Below the pieces are notes generated by a model. That model searched no databases and was not told where the DNA came from. It worked only from the letters and a program-made list of their open reading frames with translations. Of a stretch of 64,000 nt of DNA, positions 42,844-58,519 are shown in pieces. Position 1 is the first letter of the stretch; every line of letters starts with the position of its first letter. Source of the stretch: Octopus vulgaris. Taxonomy: Eukaryota. Position numbers and translations under genes: made by a program. The stretch covers positions 3,906,001 through 3,970,000 of the forward strand of contig OX597838.1 of assembly GCA_951406725.2 (NCBI GenBank), in the 5' to 3' direction.

Positions 42844-43119
42844 GTGCGTGTGTGTATATACATATATATATATATATTTATATATATGTATACATATATA
42901 CACATATATACTTATACATGCGCGCGCGATTCGCGTTCAGTTCCCCCGGTATCAGATAAGAGGTGAATTAGATCAGGTTATCCTCCCCCACCGTCTTAGC
43001 TTTTGTCTGTCACTTGACCGGCAGATAATATCTGATTGTCATCTATAACGCCACAGTTGACCTCACACTCACACGTGTAATCTCTCCTCCTCTCTCTTTC
43101 TCTCTCACTTGCACACGCA

Positions 43120-43179
<60 letters not shown>

Positions 43180-43234
43180 TACACATACAGTGTCTCTCAC
43201 ACATCTACATGCATCTTTCTCTGTCACATAAAAG

Positions 43235-43700
43235 ATGGATGGCAAAGTTGAAAATCTTAAGTATCGCGCTGTGCCTGTATCTTGGCTCTAGAACTTTGTT
43301 GCAATAGTCTCATTTTCTCTAATTATCCGATTGTCCAGATATGAAATGTCCCTCATTAATTTCTGTTGCGAATTTAATCAATTCTTCAATGTTATTGATT
43401 CATTTATGAAATCTTGAGAAAGCTTTCTTCTGCTCCCCACCAAAAATAAAACCGTCATCCCAAAAAAATTTTTCATTTCTTTTTAATGGCATTCGAAACA
43501 CTGATCGAAAATAAACGCGAATCGGCCATAGATTTATTTCTGCCAAGAATTCCATTATTAGTGTTGCATATGTGGGTGCGACTTACGCCCCATTGCCATC
43601 CCTTTTATTTGAAAGCAATATTTATTATGAAAAAGAAATATTTGTCTTCTGGCATCAACAGTAATCCTTGTATGAATAATTTTGAGGATCTTTCCTGATT
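43235..43700 (-). pseudogene. Penelope-like element reverse transcriptase remnant
   Basis: Frameshifted peptides FLFHNKYCFQIKGMAMG / VAPTYATLIMEFL / FFWDDGFIF / IKFATE / ISYLD / DTGTARYLRF follow the order of PLE RT motifs (QxxGxAMG, APxxAxLxM, RYxDD, IxFTxE, FLD, KPT...YL). Confidence 0.8.
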
Positions 43701-43770
43701 TATATACGAGTATCAGTATCAGTATTTCTCTCTCTAGAATACCACTGACACCGATCCTGATATATGCGTA

Positions 43771-43801
<31 letters not shown>

Positions 43802-43819
43802 ATATAGAGAGAGAGAGAG

Positions 43820-43895
<76 letters not shown>

Positions 43896-43906
43896 TTGAT
43901 AGATTT

Positions 43907-43946
<40 letters not shown>

Positions 43947-44133
43947 CATGTACATTTTTCCTGCTAAATGTATTTAACATTCTGTGTAAATTCACTTGCA
44001 TTTATATCTCTACCAACTCAAGTTCAAATCTCTTGAGCACTTCGAAATGTATTCTATAGAGAGAACACCTGTCTCTAACCTATATACACACACACACACA
44101 CACACACACGCACACTCACACACACGTGCACAC

Positions 44134-44206
<73 letters not shown>

Positions 44207-44802
44207 CCAAAACTTAGTTTACAATAGATTAACGGGTGGCTGAGTAGGGTGTATGGGTAGAGTAGTGGTGGCGGATGAGTAGAGAGGTAAGTGGATGGTT
44301 GGGCAGGAATGCTGATGTGTTAAGTATTAACTGGAAAAGAATATACCCAGGTAGATTGGTAATGAGGGAGGCAGGTGAAAGGTAAGAAGACGAAAGTGAG
44401 AAGTCGGTTAGGAGGGTAGAGTGGGTTGGATGGGAGGAATACGGGTAGGTAAGTATAGACTGGTCGGGGCAGGTAGGATGTGACGTTTACTAAATACGCT
44501 GGAGGTGTGTGTGCCATTGTGTAAATGTATGTGCGCACGCGCGAGTAAATGGAACCGACAGAGGAAGTAAGGTGAGAGAGATGATGTTTCTTCCATTCCT
44601 TTCTAGTTGTTTCATAATCTTGTAAGTTATATAATAGATGTTTTATACACACACACACACACACATATATATGTATATATATATACATATATATACATAT
44701 ATGTATAAATATATATATGTATATATATATAAGTATATATATAAGCATATAAATATATATATATAAGAATATGTATATACACACACACTTATATATAGAC
44801 AT

Positions 44803-44881
<79 letters not shown>

Positions 44882-45020
44882 TTGAATAGATTAAATACAG
44901 TGGAGATTATGTATGCGTATGTATATGTGTGTGTATATGTATATATATATATACACAACGCACACATATATACATATACATTCATACACATATTGGAAAG
45001 TATATATGTATATATATATA

Positions 45021-45186
45021 GGCGCAGGCGTGGGTGTGTGGTAAGAGGCTTCCTTCCCAATCACATGGCTCCGGGTTCAGTCCCACTGCATGGCACTTTG
45101 GACAAGTGTCTTCTAATATAAGCCTCGGATTGACCAAAGCCTTGTGAGTGGATTTGGTAGACGGAAACTGAAAGAAGAACGTCGTA
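45021..45186 (+). mobile_element. SINE family 1, 5' part
   Basis: Consensus match. Confidence 0.88.
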
Positions 45187-45206
45187 TACATACATACATA
45201 CATCTA

Positions 45207-45265
<59 letters not shown>

Positions 45266-45305
45266 GTACATAAACACAAAAAATGCATAAATACATCTGT
45301 CTCCT

Positions 45306-45340
45306 GTTTCTGATGAAGAGCTTTGCTCGAAACGTAAAAC
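45306..45340 (+). ncRNA. Minimal type I hammerhead motif, family A, canonical core
   Basis: gttt-CTGATGA-a-gagc(ttt)gctc-GAAA-cg-T-A-aaac (GUA site); family tail to ~45453; embedded in (TA)n. Confidence 0.78.
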
Positions 45341-45469
45341 CACCTTTCTTTCCTTCCCTGAGCGTCTGCTAATACTTTGCATGTACCACATCCTCGCTTT
45401 GTTGTTTGTTGTTTTTTCTTGTTTTATCTTCGTTTTTTTTTTGTGGATTAACTAAATATACATATACAT

Positions 45470-45525
<56 letters not shown>

Positions 45526-45633
45526 GCACACGTATATACATCTATATGTATTTATATGTATATATATACAATGCATATATATATAAATATATGTATGTAT
45601 ATGTATGTGTGCATTTATATATACATACATATA

Positions 45634-45719
<86 letters not shown>

Positions 45720-46197
45720 ATGTATGTATGTATGTATGTATGTATGTATGTATGTACGTATGTAGGTATGTACGTATACATTGAAAATATACATATACAT
45801 ATATATGTATATATATAGAAATGGAGAAGTGAGCAAAGTCCATTAAAAAAATATGAAGAACTCTACGAAACGATATTGTTGTATACAAAAGAAAAAGAAT
45901 AAAAAAAAGGTTTGCATCTCTAATTACCAAAGTTGGAAATGGTGAAAAGTTCTTTAAAGAATCACGTTATCTTTTACAAATATTATTCCATTTTGTAATT
46001 GGCAATCCGATATTTGTTTGCCAAAATATTCCAGGCTCTCTCTTAGACCCAGTCTGGTTTTCATCTGCGGATGATGCCTGGATTTTATATTTAGTCTAAA
46101 TATGAAGTGAAGAATGGTACCCGCTCTTCGATCAACGTAGATGGGGTTCTTTTTCTTTTTTACACCTGTGTGGGTGTTCGTATATATGTCTATGGTA

Positions 46198-46249
<52 letters not shown>

Positions 46250-46368
46250 GACATATATATGCAGGTAGGTATATATATGTATATAAATGCACGCATATAT
46301 ACATATATACACATACACATATATGTGTATATATCCGTGTGTGTGTGTGTGTATACAAATATATATTT

Positions 46369-46444
<76 letters not shown>

Positions 46445-46582
46445 TTATGTATATATGTAGATATATACGAATGTCAATACATACGTATATACATATGAGT
46501 ACGTATTTATATACAAATATATATATATACATATGTGTATGTTTATACATATACACACACACACACACATATACATAAGCAT

Positions 46583-46797
46583 TTGGCGGCGAGCTGGCAG
46601 AATCGTTAGCACACCGGGCGAAATGCTTAGCGGTATCTCGTCTGTCTTTACGCTCTGAGTTCAAATTCCGTCAAGGTCGACTTTGCCTTTTATCCTTTCG
46701 GGATCGATGAAATAAGTAACAGTGGAACACTTCAGTCGATGTAACAGCTTACCCGCTTCCTGGAAACTGCTGGCCTTGTGCCAAAATTTGAAACCTA
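46583..46797 (+). mobile_element. SINE family 2
   Basis: ggcggcgagctggcagaatcgttagc head plus core. Confidence 0.88.
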
Positions 46798-46805
46798 TAT
46801 ATACA

Positions 46806-46846
<41 letters not shown>

Positions 46847-47068
46847 TCATGCAAACCTCCCACACATTCACACCCCCGCACACCCTCACACATTATCTAT
46901 AAGTGTTTTCATATAAAATTCAGACCCTATTGTGTTTCCGTACACCTGCTACACTTGTCTTTGGTTTTCTACTTAAAATTTTGACTCACTTTCCAGGAAT
47001 TTCACATCGCTTACCCGCCACGTGGATCCCGCCTGTGTGCGATATATATAAGCTCATATACATCCATA

Positions 47069-47140
<72 letters not shown>

Positions 47141-47256
47141 TACACACACCTTTACTTATATGTACATATATGCACTTACATAATGTATATATAAATATAT
47201 ATATGTTTGCGTGTATATATATATGTGTGTGTGTGTGTGAGTGTGTGTGTGTGTGT

Positions 47257-47297
<41 letters not shown>

Positions 47298-47721
47298 TGT
47301 GTGTGTGTGGGCGTGTGTGGGCGTGTGGCCGAGTGGTTACAGTGCTGCACTCACAATCGCGAGATGGTGGGTTCTCTTGCTGGACCGAGTGCTGTGCTGT
47401 GTCCTTGTGAAAAAACAAATCCCTTCATCTCACGTTGCCCTTCCTTTAATGCGACTCCTGACGCCTGGCACACCATGGCACCTGTACAGGCAACGTCGAC
47501 TTGATGATAGGGAGTGAGCTAACGTTACGGCACATACATCTGATCGCTATAAACGAATTAAATGTGTGCAGCTTGTTCAGCAAGAAATTGCAGAAGCGTC
47601 CACGAGACACTACCGTTATCATCATCATCATCATCATCGTCATCGTCATCGGTCACTTAAGCAATGTAACTACACATGTGTTGTTGACGATTTGTTTTCC
47701 TTCTTGGCCTTTTCCCTTTCT

Positions 47722-47760
47722 CGTTTTCCGACGAAGAGCCTTGCTCGGAACGTCAAAACG
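47722..47760 (+). ncRNA. Hammerhead motif, family A (U4->C, A13->G)
   Basis: cgtttt-CCGACGA-a-gagc(ctt)gctc-GGAA-cg-T-C-aaaacg; stem I covaries relative to the other copies. Confidence 0.65.
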
Positions 47761-48038
47761 TTTTCCTTTTTACTCAGCGTACAACTAATACATTCCTTGT
47801 GCACGTCCTCTCGTTATGTTTTAATTGTTAATTTTTTTGTTCGTTTATTTGAACTAAATTGGTCTCTATGATAATGGTGCGAAGCCACAATGATATTTTG
47901 GTTCATTGACTGACGAGGATTACTCAACTGCAAATATTGCGTGTATCGTGTCCTTGTCTATATACCCCGTCCGTTAAGCTTCCGTCTAGTTTCCCGTCGC
48001 TCTACTTTCCTCTATCTTTTTATCCTTGTTGTGTTCTG

Positions 48039-48086
<48 letters not shown>

Positions 48087-48131
48087 TATATACACATTTA
48101 TATATATATATATATACGAATATATACTTAT

Positions 48132-48198
<67 letters not shown>

Positions 48199-48229
48199 GA
48201 ATTTACAAAATAAAACAAACGACGAAGAC

Positions 48230-48437
48230 GGGTGTGTGGATTTGATAGACGGAAACTGAAAGAAGCGCGCCGTGTTGGTGTGCTCTCGTCCCCGTAACTT
48301 AGTTTTTTGGCAAAACATACCGATAGAATAAGTACTAGGCTTACAAAGAATAAGTCCTGAGGTCGATTTGTTCGATTAAAGGCGGTGCTCCAGCATGGCC
48401 ACAGTCAAATGACTGAAACTTATAAGAGAATAAAATA
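48230..48437 (+). mobile_element. SINE family 1, internally deleted
   Basis: Consensus match. Confidence 0.85.
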
Positions 48438-48590
48438 ATATGTGCCTATGTGTGTGCGCGTGTGTATATATATATATATATATATAGCTATACACATATG
48501 CATATACACATATATACATATGTATATATGCATAAATGCATATATATATATTCATTTATATATATCTCACCTATATATATATATCATATG

Positions 48591-48629
<39 letters not shown>

Positions 48630-48730
48630 GTGTATACATATATATCATATATATATACACTCACGTTCGTACATTCATAAAATATATTTATGTATACGCG
48701 CATCCACGCGCGCGCACGTGCATGCGTGCA

Positions 48731-48780
<50 letters not shown>

Positions 48781-49491
48781 TGTGTCCCCGCGTGCTTCTG
48801 CATATATATTTGAAAACCTACGACCTCCCATATTCAAAAGACATCACGTCGATAGCAGAAAGCGAAGATCGTCTGCCTCGGTCTCTGTTGTTGGCAGTTG
48901 TGATTACATCCAGCGAAAAATGGAGGGAATTTTGCCTTCAATGGCAGCCAACTTCACAAAGACTTCGACCATTATGAAACGGTCAATGGCACTATAGAGA
49001 AGAATTCTGTAACGGTAACTGAAGTTGTAAAACAAATTTAATGTTCTTGGTACTGTTATTTCTATAAAAGGCCGATCGCAACAACAAAAGAAATAAAACG
49101 AAGAACCGCTGCCATTACTAAATATCTGAAGATGGAACCGAACGTGATTTGGAAAGAGGAGAATCAAAGAAAGCAATTTATTAAATTCTTTTGTATTTGC
49201 AATTCTGACCTTTGGAGCATGAACGTGGATAGTTAATAAAATTGATCAGTAAAGAATTCAAACTTTTGAAATGTGGAATTGGAGAATAATGGTAAGAATT
49301 TCTTGGAATGAATTGATTGCCCGAAGCAATCAATTTTCTAAGAAATTGTAGAAAGCAAATCGCTGCTTAACGCGGTTTTGTAACAGCTACAGGTGACAGG
49401 TGAGAGATGACAGGTGACAAGTGACAGGTGATAGGTGGTTTTGTGTTTGTGAATATGTGTGCTTGTGTATGCATATCTATCAATGTATATG

Positions 49492-49611
<120 letters not shown>

Positions 49612-49844
49612 TTACATTTATACATATATATATATATACACACATACATACACACAAAGCATGTATATGCATACATGTATACTTATATGTGTGTGTGTGT
49701 AGGCAATTATGCGGATGGTGCCCCAGCATGGCCACAGCCTCAGGGCTGAAACATATAAAAGAAGATACATATATGTATGTATGTATTTACGTAGATGTAT
49801 ATATATATATGTGTGTATATATATATATGTGTGTATATATTATC

Positions 49845-49927
49845 TGGGACTTATTCTATCGGACACTTTTGTCGAACCGCTTAACCAACACCGATTGTCA
49901 AGCAATGGTGGTGGGGAGACAAACACA

Positions 49928-49979
<52 letters not shown>

Positions 49980-50172
49980 TACGCAAACGCACGTACACAC
50001 ACATATATTTATATACCACGGGTTTCTTTCAGTTTCCGCCGACCAAATCTACTCTCAAGGCTTTTGTCGACTGGAGGCTATAGTGGAAGGACACTTGCCT
50101 AGGTTGTGGTGCAGTGGGACTGAACCCGGAACCATGTGGTTGGGAAGAAAACTTCTTAACCACTCACCCATG
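49845..50172 (-). mobile_element. SINE family 1, diverged
   Basis: Reverse complement of consensus. Confidence 0.85.
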
Positions 50173-50269
50173 TCCTATGAACGTGCGTTATATATTTGGG
50201 TTTCCCGCTAAATGTTTTGTGTATTATCGTAATACAACCAATTCATTGCGCCTACATTTTAACGACGTG

Positions 50270-50645
50270 CCTGTGTGATAAGAAGCTTGCTTCCCAACTA
50301 TATGGTTCCGGGTTCAGTCCCACTGCGTGGCACCATGCGCAAGTATTTTTTTACTATGGCCTTGTGAGTGGATTTGGGAAACGGAAACTGAAAGAAGCCC
50401 GTCGTATATATATATATATTTATATATTTATATGTATATATTGGTGCGTGTGACAGTGTTTGTCCCCCCACCATCGCTTCACAACCGATGTTGCTGTGTT
50501 TACGTCCCCGTAACTTAGCGTTTCGGCAAAAGTAACCGATAGAATAAGTGTTAGGTTTACAATGAATGAGTCCTGGGGTCGATTTCTTTGACGAAATGCA
50601 GTGCTCCAGAATGGCCGGAGTCAAATGACTGAGACAAGTAAAAGA
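50270..50645 (+). mobile_element. SINE family 1
   Basis: Consensus match. Confidence 0.88.
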
Positions 50646-50785
50646 AGAAAAAAAAAAGAATAAGTCATATGGACCTCGAAGGGTCTTGTGGTACCCCAAA
50701 TGGTCATATGAACCCCGATTGATAGAGAACCACTCATGGCCATTGGCTTGTACCATAGCTGAGTAAAGATAGGGGTTTTTTGGGG

Positions 50786-51283
50786 GGCGGAATTCTGGTT
50801 TAAGGACTCCACGTAATCCTTCATAACTTCTTTTAATTTTTGGAATTTTCAGAAATTTTTTTGCAAATTTGTGTTCTACATGCAGGAATTTATATGATTC
50901 CTCCCCCTTCCCTCCCCCAACCCCTAAGTCCTAAAAGTTCCACTCTTTTTCGAATATTTTAAAAAAGCTGTGTTTAAAACGCGGATAGTCCAGATTTTCC
51001 CCTTAAATACCAAATTGACCTCCTCTGGTGTTTATGTGGAGGAAAATATTGAAAAACATTGATACATGCCAGAGGGACAATGAAAAAAGAAAGGTATCAG
51101 GTGGTCGTAAGTTGTGCTAAAAATAGCAGCTAAATCGCCTTTAAATAACGTACAAAAAAAATCTTTTTTCTATAACAGTTATGAATTCCCGTGTGTAGAA
51201 CAAATTCGCAAAAAATTTCTGAGAATTCCAAAACTGAAAAAGTTATGAGGAGTTATATGAGGAGTTTAAACCAGAATTCCACC
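50786..51283. mobile_element. Long-TIR non-autonomous DNA element
   Basis: ~105 bp imperfect inverted arms (ggcggaattctggtttaa... / ...tttaaaccagaattccacc); absent from the paralogous site near 53495. Confidence 0.7.
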
Positions 51284-51779
51284 AGATTTTTATCTCCATC
51301 TTGGCACCAATCGCAAGAAGAGCCCCTTTGATGCCTGTTTTAGGGAATAATGGTCTTGTTTTCTTGACTATTTCAAAGAATAAAAGGTCTCTTTAATGCC
51401 TATTTTCGTCAAGTTACATCAAAGAAGTCTTTAATAACTCTGCTTCCTCCCTACAGACATCATCACCATATTGGACACAAATATGGCTGACGCGAAACAC
51501 CCCGAGGGAGCGTTCTGTGTATTAAATATATGCACGGCAGTTTCATATCTACGTGATTAGTAGGCAGACACTCCCGCTATGGCGTTTGAATGTACATAGA
51601 ACGCAGTCTTGTATACGTAATATAGTGAGTAGTAAAAGTTTGATCAACTGAGATTATCCAAGTAATGAGCAGACAGACACTCCCTCTGGAATTGTTTAAA
51701 AGCTAAAGAAACACAAGCAAGGGAGATAATTTCAAGCAGGATATGATCAAAATACACAATAGTGTTTTAACTCTGTCCG

Positions 51780-51981
<202 letters not shown>

Positions 51982-52384
51982 CGTATGTGAAGTAATTGGT
52001 GGTGTGTGAGAGTGTGCGTGTGTATGCGTGTTTTTACGGGCCGTAATAGAAGGGAAAAAAAGCGGTGAAAGAGAGAGAAGAAAAAGTGGAAGAAAGAGAG
52101 AGAGAGAAAGAAAGGGAGAAAGAGAGAGTTAATGGACAATGGGAAATAGAAATATATAAATAATCAGAATGGAAATAATGGAAGAACGTTTCCGCCCTTA
52201 TCTCGTAGAACAGAACATATTTGCTATTTCGTCCTAAGTAATGTTACGGCATCGACTTCGGTTATTCCTGCAGTTATTGATACAAAGAACAATAATGTAT
52301 ATATGTGCGCATTGTATATTTATATATATATATATATATATATTATATATTATATAATATAATATTATATTATATATATATATT

Positions 52385-52459
<75 letters not shown>

Positions 52460-52520
52460 TTGTTCCACGTCCTGCGTTGCTGTGTTTTTTCTCTTTTTTT
52501 CTGTGTTTTCTTGTTTGGAT

Positions 52521-52568
<48 letters not shown>

Positions 52569-53639
52569 CATACACATACATACAAACATACATAAATCAT
52601 GGATACATATATACATACCTATGTTTGTGTGTGTGCTTGGGTGAGTGGTTGGGTGTGTGTGTGTGTGTTTCTTCTCTTTGAATCTTTGGAAATCTAGAAT
52701 TATCTTCTGTAAGTGCGCCATATTTTAACTATTAAATATTCAATTCTAAAGAATCAGAAAATGGCCGTTTATTCGTTTATTTAAAAGAAAACGAGACAAC
52801 ACGCTATCTTTAGAAACAATTATTCACACATACATGCATACATACATACATATATACGTATATGTATGCGTGTATGTATGTGTGTTTGTGGGTATAATAT
52901 TGATACATGTGTGTGTATAATATATTATATATATATATATACATAAATGTATGCGTTTGTATGTATGCATATATGTAAGTGTTTATGTATGCATATATAT
53001 GCGTATGTGTATGGTGCTGGCATTGCTCTCTGATAAGATATTTGCTTCCCAACCACATGGTTTCGGGTTCAATCCCACTGCATTGCATCTTGGGCAACTC
53101 TCATATACTACAGCTCCAAAGCCTTGAGAGTGGATTGAGTTGGCCTACGCGTGCGCGCGTGTGCCTGTAGACACATACATATGAATATATTTATATACAT
53201 ATATATATATATATAATCGACTGTATCAAACTTATGGCTGTTGACACCTGCCTAAGGTGTCATGCAGTGGAAATGAACCTGGAACCATGTGGTGGGGAAG
53301 GGGAATTCTTACCACACAGCCACGTACGCATGTGCGTTTTGTATTTGGGTTTTCCGCTAAATATTTCGTACATTTTAGAAGTACAAGCATTTTATTGCGC
53401 GTACTTTATAATTACAAAGTTTTAGACGGACCCCGAAGGGCCATATGGACCCCAAGAATCATATGAACACCTGTTCGTCGGCTTGTACGGTAAAGAGAGA
53501 TTTTTACCTTTATCGTGGCACCAATCGCATAAAGAGCCCCCTTTGATGACTATTTTGGGGGAATAATGGTCTTCATCATCAACCATGTTTAACCCCTGGA
53601 TCCACTGTCTCGAGTTCCCGGACTCAAACGGTCGGTTAC

Positions 53640-53853
53640 CCATGACATATAAGAGACCGGCATCACAACATTTCCTTTGATGGTGATGCCAGTCCATTGA
53701 ATGCTTACTCTTTTACAGCTGAGTGGACTGGAGCAACGTCAAATGAAAGGTTTTGCTCAAGAACACAATACATCGTCTTTTTGGGGGAATTGAAACCGTA
53801 ATCTTGCGATCTGATCATAAGTACAACACTCTAATCACTAGGCCCTACACCTT
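53640..53853 (-). mobile_element. tRNA-derived SINE, family 4-like
   Basis: Minus strand ...tgtgttcttgagcaaaacc...acgttgctccagtccactcagctg. Confidence 0.7.
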
Positions 53854-54396
53854 GACATGGTGTCTCTCGCAGTTCCAAATTCATATTCAAGAATCAATGA
53901 ATGCATTCTTCACCCGCTTCTTGAGTCATTCTGTAGAATTGTGTGATTGGTGTGGCCTGACAGATTCGAACTGAGTGGTCTGCACTTTGTGAGCATACAT
54001 CACTTGCTAGATATATAGGGGACTTAAAATGTCCTCCGATGCAGTTTTACCGCTGTCTCAACGTTCCCTGACTTCAACCTGTTCGATTGTGTCTACTGCT
54101 TTCAGGTTACACGATACAGACCGAGCAGGGAGTAATTTCAACCATATATATATATACATAAATACACACACACACTCATAAACACGTGTATAAATATATG
54201 AAGGAGGTTGTCAAAATTATGGATAATTATTTATTTAGCGCTCTTTTATCTCGTTACAGAGAATGATCAGAGACATATATATATATTTATATATATGCAT
54301 GTATGTATGTATGTGCGTATGCATCTGTGGTATGCATACATGTTTGTATGTACGTAGGTATGCATACACACACTCACACATACAAACAAACACATG

Positions 54397-54456
<60 letters not shown>

Positions 54457-54548
54457 TATATACAACTGGATGCGTAACCACAGAGGATCATCGGGGGAAT
54501 ATTTTATTGTATCATGTTACAGAGATCAAACGTCTAATATATCAACGT

Positions 54549-54653
<105 letters not shown>

Positions 54654-55352
54654 AATGTATACAGACATATGTGTGTGTATTTGTGTAAGAGTGTATGCAT
54701 ATGTGTACATTTTTGCGTGGTGCATGTATATTTATGTATAAACGTATTTGTTTGTAAGTGTACATATGCATTAGTATGTCTAACCCTGAACGCATGCATT
54801 TGTATATTGTCTATACATGCTAGTGTGGGTGGCGCATACGTGTGTATCTGAGTGTGTGTGTGTGCGCGTAAATGCTCATGTGTGCGCGCGATCGTGTGTA
54901 TGTGTGTGTATGGGGTGGGGTGTATCCCCTTATATACATGCCGTTTGTGTGTTTCTATATATGGTTGTTTGTGCGTACTTTTCTATAAGTGTAGGTGCGT
55001 GGGTGCATTAGCGCGTGCGCATGTGTGTGTGTGCGTGCGCATGCGTGCTTGTACATTTGTGGTCGCTTACATTTTGCTTACGTTAGAACAATATTTATGT
55101 TTTGTTGGTTTTTGTTGATAAAACGGGTTGTAAACAAATAAACATATGTATATAAATATACATTCACAATCATATGTATGTATACATGTGTTTGCATGTA
55201 TGGGTATATATATAAATGAATATATATATATATATGTATGTATATATATGCACATAAATTTGTATACTTATATATATGTGTGTGTTTGCGTCTGCGTGTA
55301 ACTATGTATGTGTGTATGTATGCATGTATATACATACTTGTTTATATATTTT

Positions 55353-55390
<38 letters not shown>

Positions 55391-55449
55391 CATATATATA
55401 TAAGCATATATTTGTGTATACATGTGTAATGATGCATGTATGTATGTAT

Positions 55450-55515
<66 letters not shown>

Positions 55516-55887
55516 TACATATACTTACATGCATATGATTACATACACACATGCTTGCATATATATATATACAATAAAAAATATGCATACACATTTGTGT
55601 ACGTATAAACGTGTGTGTGTGTGAGTATACTCTAAAGCTTATCTGATAATTAACATCTAAGTTTTTATCTTTGAAAATCCTTCGACACCCTTGAGATTTC
55701 CATCTAAAATATCCATAAAGAAAAGGGAGTTTTTTTTTTTTGTCCTGCTCTCTACCTGCCTGGTTGCCTTAGAGCGTTTGGGTAGGGAAGACAGAGAGAG
55801 AGAGAGAAAAAAAAAGAGAGAGAGAGAGAGAGAGAAGCTGAGAGAAAGATGGAAGAAAGAGAGTGACAAAGAGATAAAGAAAGTGAG

Positions 55888-55962
<75 letters not shown>

Positions 55963-56266
55963 CAGAAACAGAGACAGAGAGCGGGAGATATTTGGAGAAA
56001 GGGGGCAAGATGTCGAAAAGAACCACCATAAAATTGTGGGGTTTTTTTTTCGAAAATAAATAAAATACGATTAGAAGACTATCCTATTTATAAATTTAAA
56101 GATAAGGTTTAAATGTACATGTATGTGTGTGTGTGGGGGGGGGCGTGTATTCATGTATGCATATATACATATATAGATATATAAATATGTATATATGTAT
56201 ATATACATATATATATATGTATATGTTTAAATATATATGTAAATATATCGAGAAAGAGAGAATGAA

Positions 56267-56383
<117 letters not shown>

Positions 56384-56415
56384 GTTTGTAGCTATTGTGT
56401 ATGTACGAATACACA

Positions 56416-57266
56416 TACGTGGTCTGATCAATAAGTATCCGTATTGTTGCCATACTAACGAAGCTAAAATACTCAGAGTAGAGCGGCTGGGCACAGATTG
56501 ACCTTCAACTCTGCCGTGCATGAGCACTAAGTTTTAACGTTGTAGCTTACTTCCGCTTGGAAGGAAGGTGTGTAGCGTGTGATCGTTGTATTGAGCATGA
56601 CAGAAAGTTGAGCAAAGAATCTGCATCAAATTTTGTTAAAATCTTGGCGATGCCTGCTCAGAGACCTTCGCAAAGTTTTCAAAAACTTTTCATCATTCTC
56701 GATACAATCAAGGAGATCTTGTGCGACTGAAACCCGATTCCGTTCACGGTCAGCTGAAAGCAGTTTGGGCACAAACTTGGCGGACATGCGTCTCATACCG
56801 AAATCGTCAGTGATAATGGACTGAACGGAACCGTGACTAATCTGTACATCCTCTCATAACTCACGGAGGGTGGTTCAACGATTTCCCTTCACAGCTGCAA
56901 GATCATCTGCGATGTTTTACTCAGTTCTGATGGCTGCGGATCTGTCCAGAACGTTCGTCAATATCGACATGTTTTTCGGCCATATTGGATTTATCTGAAC
57001 CACTCGGACACTCGTGTGCGGCTCATACACTCCTCTCAAAACACTTTCTGCTACTCTACGTCGGCCTCTGAGTAGGTATCGCCATGACAACTTACTCTGT
57101 CATGATCAATGCGACGATCACACGCTACGCACCAGAAGTGAGCTTGAACTTTAAAACTCAGTGCGCAGCAGAGTTCGAGGTCATTCTTTGCCCAGCGGCT
57201 TCAATCTGAGTACTTTAACTTCGATACCGTGGTAACAGTCCGGATACTTATTGATCAGACGTAGTA
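56416..57266. mobile_element. Mariner derivative with two 5' ends
   Basis: TA-flanked TIRs gtctgatcaataagtatccg; left arm encodes EQRICIKFC, right arm (minus) runs to GMRRMSAKFVPKLLS; no catalytic domain. Confidence 0.85.
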
Positions 57267-57275
57267 TATATATAC

Positions 57276-57318
<43 letters not shown>

Positions 57319-57336
57319 TATATATACATATATATA

Positions 57337-57390
<54 letters not shown>

Positions 57391-57410
57391 TATTTATATA
57401 TATGTATATG

Positions 57411-57442
<32 letters not shown>

Positions 57443-58108
57443 ATACATATGTATGTATGTATGTATGTATGTAGACGTACGTAACTCCCAATGTTATGAA
57501 AATACAATCTTTGTTTTACATCAAATACGAAAATATTCAGAATCTTTTGAGGAAGTTTTTCTTCTTTTCTTCTATTTTTTGTTTCATCTTATTTTTATTT
57601 TTCTCGTTGCTCATTCTTTTTTTTCCTCTCCACTTTCCTCTTGATATCTTCATTTTTTGTTGGGTTTTTGTTTTTTTGGCTTATATATATATATATATAT
57701 AAATAGTTTATAAATTTTTGCTTTGCATCCCCCTCACTCGGGGACGCGAGTGGGGTGGGAGTGGGGGTGAAAATGCCCCTCCCCCTTGTGCCTCTCCTGT
57801 CCCCCAACAGTGAAACATTGTTCGCTAAAATAACTGTCAAATGTTTGACATTAAATGATATGTTGATTGTTTATATCTGCGTTCGGTTCCATCCTACTGG
57901 AACCTCCTCAGGGACCAGAAAATATCTTAAGAAAATATTGAAAAGAAGAAAAAACGAAGAGAAACACGAGACGCTTGTTTTTTTGTATCTACGTATTTTT
58001 GAATGTATTTATGTACGTATATGTATGTGTATATATATATATATATGTATATATATATGGTACAAAGTAAGACAGGGGTTATGATAGTAACCCACTATGG
58101 GATATCAG

Positions 58109-58208
<100 letters not shown>

Positions 58209-58320
58209 ATGTATATACATATATACATACACACACATGTGTGAGTGTGTGTGTCTGTCTATGAGTATATGTACCGGAGTAAACACATAAATGTGAAACA
58301 AGGTGGAAAAAAGAGTACTC

Positions 58321-58368
58321 AAAACCTGTTACTCAGAGTTTTACGTGAAACTCAGAGTAACAGGTTTT
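58321..58368. mobile_element. Palindrome of hammerhead 3' halves, family C
   Basis: aaaacctgttactcagagttt / aaactcagagtaacaggtttt; downstream tail matches 35540-35580. Confidence 0.6.
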
Positions 58369-58440
58369 GTTGAATTTTCTGCTGCTTTTAAATAAAGTAT
58401 AAGTATATGTATATAAGTACATATGTGTGTATATATATAT

Positions 58441-58519
<79 letters not shown>

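Noticed and set aside
43580-43695. Apparent minus-strand host exon with a GTAAGT donor
   Set aside because: RT similarity continues straight through the donor, so it is part of the Penelope fossil
47905-47945. CTGACGA here, plus CTGANGA words at ~23873, ~29260, ~49125 and ~63621
   Set aside because: Lack a correctly placed GAAA or pairing helices; may be decayed copies but unsupported
54045-54095. FPDFNLFD resembling the Tc1/mariner SPDLNPxD motif
   Set aside because: Too short, with no flanking transposase motifs or TIRs recognised
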